Assembly: GCA_963977015.1 (NCBI GenBank)
Contig: CAXBMO010000028.1
Span: 1 to 64,000, forward strand
Direction of reading: 5' to 3'
Source: an uncultured bacterium
GTDB lineage: Bacteria; Verrucomicrobiota; Verrucomicrobiia; Verrucomicrobiales; DEV007
Length of the DNA stretch: 64,000 nt
Shown: positions 57,681 to 64,000 of the stretch, piece after piece
How the letters are laid out: each line of letters begins with the position of its first letter
Numbering within the stretch: position 1 is the first letter of the stretch
Position numbers and translations under genes: made by a program
The notes under the pieces: generated by a model
What the model saw: the letters and a program-made list of their open reading frames with translations, nothing else
Told to the model about the DNA's origin: nothing
The model's database searches: none

Positions 57681-58585
57681 TCGCCTCCCATCCGCTTCGG
57701 GACTACGCCAAGCTACACTTCATCATTCTTCTCTGGGGCATCACCGCGATCCTCGGAAAGATGATCGATTTGCCGTCGATCGAGCTCGTCTTGCTTCGAA
57801 CCGGGCTCACCGCCATCGGCCTTGCCTTCTTGCTGCGCATCAAGGGAATCTCCCTAACTTTGGAGCTGAGTTCCGCCCTGAAGTTCATCGGGATTGGCTT
57901 CCTCATCGGCGTTCACTGGATTCTCTTTTTCCTCTCCGCCAAGATCTCCCACGTTTCCGTTTGTCTCGTCGCGCTCGCCACCACCGCGTTCTGGACCGCG
58001 TTGCTCGAGCCTCTGATGACGCGCGGTCGCAGCATTCGTGGTTATGAGCTGCTTCTCGGCTTGATCATGATCGGGGCGATCGCCTGGATCTTCCAGGGCG
58101 GCTTTCAGCACATCACCGGCTTCCTCGTCGGGATCGGCTCCGCGCTGGCCGGAACCGTTTTCTCGATCCTGAACGGCCGTTATGCGCCCAGGCATCATCA
58201 CTGGGTCATCACGTTTTATGAGATGTCCGGCGCGGCCCTGTTCTGCCTGCTTTGCCTGCCACTCTCAGCCACGTATTTCACGAACGGCGGCGGCCTCGAT
58301 CTCGTCCCCTCCCCGATGGAGTGGGTGTGGCTCCTCATCCTCGTCTTCGCCTGCACCATCTACGCCTACTCGGAATACGTGGAGCTTCTCAATCGACTCT
58401 CGGTGTTTACCATCAACCTCGCCTACAACCTCGAACCGGTTTACGGCATTCTCCTCGCCGCCATTCTCTTTGCCGAGCACAAGGACCTGGGGAGCCGTTT
58501 CTATCTCGGCGCGGTCATCATCCTTGCCATGGTCATCGCGCATCCGCTTCTCGAACGAGCTTCGCGACAACGCTCCCTAGCCTAG
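57677..58585 (+). CDS. DMT/EamA-family transporter
   Basis: About 10 TM segments, LWGITAILGK, NLEPVYGI. Confidence 0.88.
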   Translation: MIASHPLRDYAKLHFIILLWGITAILGKMIDLPSIELVLLRTGLTAIGLAFLLRIKGISLTLELSSALKFIGIGFLIGVHWILFFLSAKISHVSVCLVALATTAFWTALLEPLMTRGRSIRGYELLLGLIMIGAIAWIFQGGFQHITGFLVGIGSALAGTVFSILNGRYAPRHHHWVITFYEMSGAALFCLLCLPLSATYFTNGGGLDLVPSPMEWVWLLILVFACTIYAYSEYVELLNRLSVFTINLAYNLEPVYGILLAAILFAEHKDLGSRFYLGAVIILAMVIAHPLLERASRQRSLA

Positions 58586-59445
58586 CCTGACGGAAGCAGC
58601 AGCGCGACCAGCCAGGGCGTCAAAAGGCACCAATCCGCGATCGCCCGCACCGAATCCGGCGAAACCCGGTTTGCGAGTCGATGCAAAATCACCAGGCTGG
58701 CGAAGGCGAGGCCCAGCGAAAGGTAAAACCGGGAATCGTGGCCAAGAACGATCATCACCGCAGAACCCAGGACACCGATCATCCCGAAAATCGGCAACTG
58801 GTGATGCATCTGCTTCCACCACCGCGAGGCTCCCCCGGGATCGTTGGCCCGGTCGATTTCCCGGTCCCGGGCTGCGATCACAAAACAGTTCAGCATCACA
58901 ACGAGGGCAATGCCGGTCAACAGCGGCCACAACCCGGCTTGATTGCCCAGTGCCGCCCAAATTCCCAGGGCGGAAAACAACCCGATGCCGACTTCCTTGC
59001 CGGGAAGCTTCTCCCGGAAGAACACCGGAATCACGAAAATCAGCCCGTATCCCAAAACCCCGATCGCGACCCACAACCCGCGGATTGCGGTCTCCGAAAC
59101 CGCCCCCAAAATGAGCAAACCAGCCAGCAGAACACCATTCAACGCCAACAGGACCATCAAGAGCGGTTGGAACCGGCGGCCAAACTCCAACCTCCCATTC
59201 ACGCAACTCCAGTCGCGACAACGCGCCACATCAATCAAGCGATCCGCCAGGTAAACCGACCAACACGCCAGAAACTGCGCCGCATAAACTTCCCAACGCA
59301 GCCTTTGCTCAAGAACCTGGGAAACGGCCCACGTCCACGTCGCGACCACAAAGGGCGAATCCAGCCCAAACCAGCTGGGAATCCACCACCAACGAAGATT
59401 GGGCCTCAAAACCGCCTCAGAAGTTGCCGAAGCTCGATCCGCCAT
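58582..59445 (-). CDS. UbiA-like integral membrane protein
   Basis: YLADRLID and RDREID Asp-rich motifs, multiple TM segments. Confidence 0.65.
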   Translation of the reverse strand: MADRASATSEAVLRPNLRWWWIPSWFGLDSPFVVATWTWAVSQVLEQRLRWEVYAAQFLACWSVYLADRLIDVARCRDWSCVNGRLEFGRRFQPLLMVLLALNGVLLAGLLILGAVSETAIRGLWVAIGVLGYGLIFVIPVFFREKLPGKEVGIGLFSALGIWAALGNQAGLWPLLTGIALVVMLNCFVIAARDREIDRANDPGGASRWWKQMHHQLPIFGMIGVLGSAVMIVLGHDSRFYLSLGLAFASLVILHRLANRVSPDSVRAIADWCLLTPWLVALLLPSG

Positions 59446-59498
59446 GGTTTTTTCACTTTGTGCTGGCGAGGAGCCTGCGTTCGATCAATTCTAAATTC

Positions 59499-59942
59499 AT
59501 GAGTGAAGTAGGCATACCTAGCGGCGAAACCAGTGAGCGCCAAGTGCTTCTGGTTCACGAAGATGTGGCAACGATGCGTCTTGTCCGCGAGGCCCTGGAA
59601 AGTTTCACCGTCAGCACGGTCGATTCCAGCCCAAACGCCGTCTACGCATTCGAGCGCGCGTTGCAGAAACCTTACGACCTGTTCGTCTTCAGCCTTTCGC
59701 TTCCGGAAATCCACGGCGAGCTGCTCTACGAATTGATCGCCAAGGCCTACCAACATTGTCATGCCGGATCGCGAACCGCTCCCGCGATCATCTACCTGGG
59801 CGAACAACGCCACGCGGCGCGGGTCGATGAATTGCAACGCGATGCCCGGGTCAAAGGCGTCGTAATGCGTCCCATCCGGCTCGACACGTTCCTCAAAAAG
59901 GCGCACCAAGTCTTGCCGGCCAAGGATCCGGCCCAGTTCTAG
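59499..59942 (+). CDS. Atypical (pseudo-)receiver domain protein
   Basis: VLLVHED...YDLFVFSLSLPEIHG...RPI; phospho-Asp and Lys replaced. Confidence 0.72.
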   Translation: MSEVGIPSGETSERQVLLVHEDVATMRLVREALESFTVSTVDSSPNAVYAFERALQKPYDLFVFSLSLPEIHGELLYELIAKAYQHCHAGSRTAPAIIYLGEQRHAARVDELQRDARVKGVVMRPIRLDTFLKKAHQVLPAKDPAQF

Positions 59943-59949
59943 AGGGAGC

Positions 59950-60999
59950 CTACTTCCCGCTTTCCGTCGCCGCATCGTCCGTCGCCAACTCAGCGATTTT
60001 CTCGACGTCCCAGACCGCACCCTGCCCTCGACGCTGTGACGCAAGCCAGTTGAGCGCCGCCTCGTGGATGATTTCGTGCCCGCCCTCAAAAATCGTCAAC
60101 CGCGTGTTGCCGTTGGCCTGACGGAACACCGGTTGGCGGCTCCCGTAGAGCTCATCCGTTCCGGCAAAGGGCACTGGAGCCTTTTGCGTTTCGTAAAAAC
60201 CCGCCATCACTGGCGCAGAAAGCCTCCCGGACTCCGGGACCACCGCGTTCCAGGCCTGAAGAGAATGGGAAAACGGAACACTGCCGATTCGCCCGTCGTG
60301 AACCCCGTGATTGATGTCGAGCGGAACCCCCGACGCCGCGCTCAGCCACGTCAACGGCGATCGATTCCGGGCGGATTGTAGTCGATCCGGATCGTCGGCC
60401 GGCGATCCCCCCAGCGCCAATTCAATGTGTTCGGCGTAACGCACAAATTGCTCGTTTGCGGTGCATTGCTGATGCCACGCCGCGATATCGGAGATCCCGC
60501 ACCACGCAGAAACACCCGCCCACAATTTCGGCGCGCGGCCCGCCATCAACAGCGACATATGTCCACCCCCGGAAACTCCAATCAGATAGATCCGCGCTTC
60601 ATCGATCGAGGCTTCCTGCTTCGCAAATTCGACGGCGCTGAGCACGTCCGCCACGGCCAGATCGGAACCCATCGCCTCCGGCGTCCAGTTCGGGCCCCGG
60701 AAATTCGGATGAATGAAGGCCCAACCCATTTGTTGGCACCAGTCCGAGTAATAAACCTCGTTCCCACTTTGCGTGAAATCGTAAGACCACGTGTGCAGCG
60801 CGACCAGCAAGGGCACCTTGCCCGACTTCTCGGCGGGCTTCCAGAACAGCGCCGGTTGCAGGCTCTTGTCGCCAGCCGAAACGAATTCGACCCTCTCCAC
60901 ACTTTCCGGATACCCCCTGGTGACCGGCTGATCTGCGATTGACGACATCTCCATGATCATGACAACAAGGAATACGGCGGGGAATTGGAAAACTCTCAT
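59950..60999 (-). CDS. Secreted alpha/beta hydrolase (peptidase S9-like)
   Basis: GVSGGG nucleophile elbow, HGVHD, FEGGHE. Confidence 0.85.
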   Translation of the reverse strand: MRVFQFPAVFLVVMIMEMSSIADQPVTRGYPESVERVEFVSAGDKSLQPALFWKPAEKSGKVPLLVALHTWSYDFTQSGNEVYYSDWCQQMGWAFIHPNFRGPNWTPEAMGSDLAVADVLSAVEFAKQEASIDEARIYLIGVSGGGHMSLLMAGRAPKLWAGVSAWCGISDIAAWHQQCTANEQFVRYAEHIELALGGSPADDPDRLQSARNRSPLTWLSAASGVPLDINHGVHDGRIGSVPFSHSLQAWNAVVPESGRLSAPVMAGFYETQKAPVPFAGTDELYGSRQPVFRQANGNTRLTIFEGGHEIIHEAALNWLASQRRGQGAVWDVEKIAELATDDAATESGK

Positions 61000-61078
61000 G
61001 CGTTCCTTTCACTCACGGAAGCCACTTTCTTCTTCAACCGAATGACAAAAAAATTCGTCAAACCCACGACTCCCCGGT

Positions 61079-62326
61079 TTGATGATTGCTTCAGATCCAG
61101 AGAAGTCTATCGTTCCACCCGCATCCATGGCCTCGAAAGATTCGCAACCCTCCTCACCCAACCATTCCTCCAAAGGGCCATCTCTCGCCGAGGCACTGCA
61201 GAACCCCCAAAGCGCGGTTCTCATCATCCTCTCCGCGCTCGGGTTGATCATGTTCGGCGTGCTCCTGGGCGAAGCGGTTGAAGGCCTGAAATCGGCGACT
61301 CAACCCGGCGATCGCATCTTCATCATTTGGCCGACAATTCTCGGGATCGGACTTTGGGGCTGGATGCTCATCGAACGCAGTTTCGTCCATGCGGACCCCA
61401 CCTTGGAAATCATCGTGCGCCGCGCCGGCGTCCTGGGATTGGGCATCGTTCTCTGTCGCGACATGGATCCCGGCATCATCCTCGCCGCCATGGCAGGCTA
61501 CGCGATTTGCGGCGTCCGCACGCGATTCCTCCTCACGCTCGCCGCCCTCACCGCCCTGGTCCTCTTTCCCACTTTGCAATCCTGGCTCCAAACCGGGTGG
61601 CTCAACAAGATTGGCGTTCGCGACTTTGCCGGCGATTCCCTCCACATCCTCGCCGGAATGATCGGCGTCGTCGTCCTGACGGGAACGCGATGGGCCAATG
61701 GTCAGGCGATTCCTCGTGAAAAAATGCGCAAGGACCGCGCCTTCTCCGCCATTCTCGGGCTCATCCTCATTCAACTCGCCTTCGCCGCCGTCCTCGGCCG
61801 TCAAGCCTACCGCGAATCCTACCTCCTCGCGCAAACCGTGGTCACCAACGGAGTCGCCGCCACGCTCGCGGGTGGCATCGTCGCCTGGCTCTTCCACCTT
61901 CGCCTTCCGATTCGCCCCCGGATTCACATGATCCTCTTTGGCAACATCGCCGGATGGGTCGTCATCTCCGGCGGCGCGAACCATTATTCGGTCAGCCAGT
62001 CGCTCGTTTTCGGCGGGCTGGCCGCCGCGACCATGGTGATGATTCTCTTCATCCTCGATACCCTGGAACTGCGCGACCCCTTTGCCCTCGTCCCGATCCA
62101 TCTCGCCTGTGGAACGCTCGGCCTCCTTCTCGTTCCCGCCGGAGCCGGTTCCGACGCCCACCTCGTCATGCAGCTCGTCGCCGTCTTCTCGATTGCCGTC
62201 CCCGCCTTCGCCATCGGCTGCCTCGTCGTGCTTCCCTTCGTCAAGACCAAGCTGCTCTCCAAATATGACCCCACCCTGCTGAGCAAAAAACGTCAGGCCA
62301 AGGCGGCGGAGGCGACCTCTTCGTAA
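61079..62326 (+). CDS. Divergent ammonium transporter (Amt)-like protein
   Basis: GWL...RDFAGDSLHILAG, GNIAGWVVISGG, DPFALVPIHLACGTLG. Confidence 0.7.
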   Translation: MMIASDPEKSIVPPASMASKDSQPSSPNHSSKGPSLAEALQNPQSAVLIILSALGLIMFGVLLGEAVEGLKSATQPGDRIFIIWPTILGIGLWGWMLIERSFVHADPTLEIIVRRAGVLGLGIVLCRDMDPGIILAAMAGYAICGVRTRFLLTLAALTALVLFPTLQSWLQTGWLNKIGVRDFAGDSLHILAGMIGVVVLTGTRWANGQAIPREKMRKDRAFSAILGLILIQLAFAAVLGRQAYRESYLLAQTVVTNGVAATLAGGIVAWLFHLRLPIRPRIHMILFGNIAGWVVISGGANHYSVSQSLVFGGLAAATMVMILFILDTLELRDPFALVPIHLACGTLGLLLVPAGAGSDAHLVMQLVAVFSIAVPAFAIGCLVVLPFVKTKLLSKYDPTLLSKKRQAKAAEATSS

Positions 62327-62393
62327 TGTCGCAGCGGCTAACTAACCGGTTGGCTGCTCCTCCTCGAGAAAGCGCTTCTCGGCTGGCGCAGGT

Positions 62394-62783
62394 TCAAAAC
62401 GCGAGTTCGCCTTTGATGTCAGGCGTCCACCTATCCAGTGACTTCTCGCTTCCTTCCAACACGTATTTCACATCGATACTCGTCCCCTTCGGCCGAACAA
62501 AAATCGTCTCGTGAACCGTGACCTCGCCGTGATCCTCACCACCCAACGCAATCCAATCATTCTCATGGCCGCTCGGAGTGATATACCGAAAGGAAAAATC
62601 GGTCACCGCCATGGCGCTGTCGTGTTGGAAGCTCAGCAGGTTTCCTCCGGGTGTAAAGGTCAATGATGCCGTGATCCCCGCATCCGCCCATTCCATCCTC
62701 GCCAACGCATCGTCACCCGGCGATTCCCGGTCCGAGCAGCCACAAAACGGTAGAATCGCCAACACTAGCAATAGGGATTTCAT
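62394..62783 (-). CDS. Hypothetical lipoprotein
   Basis: MKSLLLVLAILPFCGC lipobox. Confidence 0.7.
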   Translation of the reverse strand: MKSLLLVLAILPFCGCSDRESPGDDALARMEWADAGITASLTFTPGGNLLSFQHDSAMAVTDFSFRYITPSGHENDWIALGGEDHGEVTVHETIFVRPKGTSIDVKYVLEGSEKSLDRWTPDIKGELAF

Positions 62784-62819
62784 GAGGCCAAGCTAGCAAA
62801 CGGGCGAGAGCCGCGACAA

Positions 62820-62990
62820 GACAATCCGGGTAAGGAACCGCAGAAACTCCTCGCGTTCTCTCGCCGAACGTCCAACGGCAGTTCCTCAATGTGCAATTGG
62901 CAGTCGTGTCAGCTTCACCAAACAACCCAACCCTCAGAGACTTTTACCAACAGTTGATCACGGTCCTTCACAAGCTACTCGCCACCCCTT
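62820..62990 (+). pseudogene. IS110-family transposase C-terminal remnant
   Basis: AVVSASPNNPTLRDFYQQL..VLHKLL resembles the IS110 pattern AALSAxRxNPxLRxFYQRL...RKLL. Confidence 0.55.
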
Positions 62991-62992
62991 CA

Positions 62993-63568
62993 TTACTCTG
63001 GCCCGGAGCCACCACTGCTTGTTCGCCTTTTTGTGGGGTTGGCGAGAATGCTCTGAATCTTCGATGTGATCTCTTCTAAACTCTGAGAATGCCGCACCTC
63101 AATGAAATGATCGCAATGCCCGATTAGGAAATCTCTGTCCATGACTCTGTTGCGGGTTCTTCCAGAACGGTCTTCGTATGCCAACGCCCACTCCATAAAA
63201 AGCGTTTTCTCTGTGTGCATATCCCCACCCACGTCGATCCTGTCCCCGAAACGTTCGCGCTCCCGTAATTCAAGGCGTCGCATGCGAACCTTCTTCGGGA
63301 TATCCATGAATACTCCGAAATGGATGGTCGGCAGGTCAACATCCCATGTCGCGATCGAACCGCTGAGAATCCAGTCCGACGACTGAGCCAGTGCCTCGGA
63401 GAGCAACCGTCTTCTCTCGACCGGTGAATACTGTTCTTGGAATGGAGGGTTGGTAGGCTTGTGGAAGAAGGAATCCGAATCCAGGACTGGAATCCCCAGC
63501 CTGTCACCGAGTAGCTTCGCAGTGGATGTGCATCCTGAACCTGGGCCGCCGCTGATCAAGACGCACAT
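62993..63568 (-). CDS. P-loop nucleotide-kinase-like protein
   Basis: ISGGPGSGCTS (Cys at the Walker A Lys position), LDSDSFF, WILSGS. Confidence 0.75.
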   Translation of the reverse strand: MCVLISGGPGSGCTSTAKLLGDRLGIPVLDSDSFFHKPTNPPFQEQYSPVERRRLLSEALAQSSDWILSGSIATWDVDLPTIHFGVFMDIPKKVRMRRLELRERERFGDRIDVGGDMHTEKTLFMEWALAYEDRSGRTRNRVMDRDFLIGHCDHFIEVRHSQSLEEITSKIQSILANPTKRRTSSGGSGPE

Positions 63569-63579
63569 TTTCTTAGCCT

Positions 63580-63875
63580 ATCAAGGTAGGAACACCGGTT
63601 GCCCGACGCCCTTTCACAGATCCCGAAGTGCGGATTTCCCGCACCGGGCTCCTCGGAGAATCGCGCAGGTTCACGCAGATTCGTTCTGAAGTCCTTTCGG
63701 CTTCCCATTGGTTGATACGATGGCTGGATTTCGTTCACAAGGCAAGACGGGGTTGATAGGCCAGGTCGATTTCTTCCAACACCCTTGCAGGTAGCAGTTG
63801 CCAGATCGCAGTCCACCGTGCTTTCAGCATCTCCCAGGTCAAGCTCTTGCGCTGGCTTCGCCGGTTGAGCCACTT
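63580..63875 (-). mobile_element. Group II intron 3' remnant (domains V/VI plus maturase fragment)
   Basis: Minus strand GAGCCCGGTGCGGGAAATCCGCACTTCGGGATC (DV), GGCGTCGGGCAACCGGTGTTCCTACCTTGAT (DVI/3' end); upstream codons WLNRRSQRKSLTWE. Confidence 0.85.
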
Positions 63876-64000
63876 AAAGATCAAATTATCTCCCCGTGTC
63901 ATCACATCTTCGTCTTTCTCCGCTCGGACTTCCAGCCCGGCGGGTCTGACGCCTCATCCTGTGTACGCCTCCTCCATGCTGTTTCGCCAGCCATCCGCTG

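Noticed and set aside
62829-62840. GGTAAGGAACC matching the -10 part of the shared promoter
   Set aside because: No GTAAC 15 nt upstream, and it lies in an IS110 remnant
1-64000. rRNA, tRNA or CRISPR arrays
   Set aside because: None recognised by eye; a covariance-model scan would be needed to exclude small RNAs

Overview
Bacterial chromosomal window, GC-rich. Gene content (Ser/Thr kinase-WD40-DUF1080 protein, kinase-associated ECF sigma factor, MoxR/DUF58, GYF_2 protein) suggests a PVC-superphylum organism, probably Verrucomicrobiota; this is inference. The region from about 24 to 62 kb is mostly housekeeping: lgt, ComEA-like, Nramp, pstSCAB, astB, a SigX-like ECF, LolC/E and MsbA-like transporters, cinA, a GH92+GT4 pair, pdhABC, amgK/murU, adk, fmt and an Amt-like gene. 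The main discovery is at 3.6-16.1 kb. Six short genes each carry the same ECF-type promoter, (T/C)GTAAC-N15-GG(T/A)AAGGAA, with invariant spacing. They lie beside a kinase-associated ECF sigma factor and two membrane Ser/Thr kinases. Three of the six are signal-peptide-bearing paralogs of a PHA_gran_rgn-like fold, one hidden by a frameshift. This looks like a self-contained phospho-signalling regulon; its largest kinase is split by a single in-frame TAG. The window also has three toxin-antitoxin pairs with lesioned toxins (two ParE genes have ACG at the expected start), a Y1 transposase flanked by ~100-bp REP-like inverted repeats with related elements at 8.2-8.7 kb, paired sigma54-type promoters, and remnants of a four-helix-bundle gene, IS110 and a group II intron. 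All family calls come from motif recognition by eye, not database searches.
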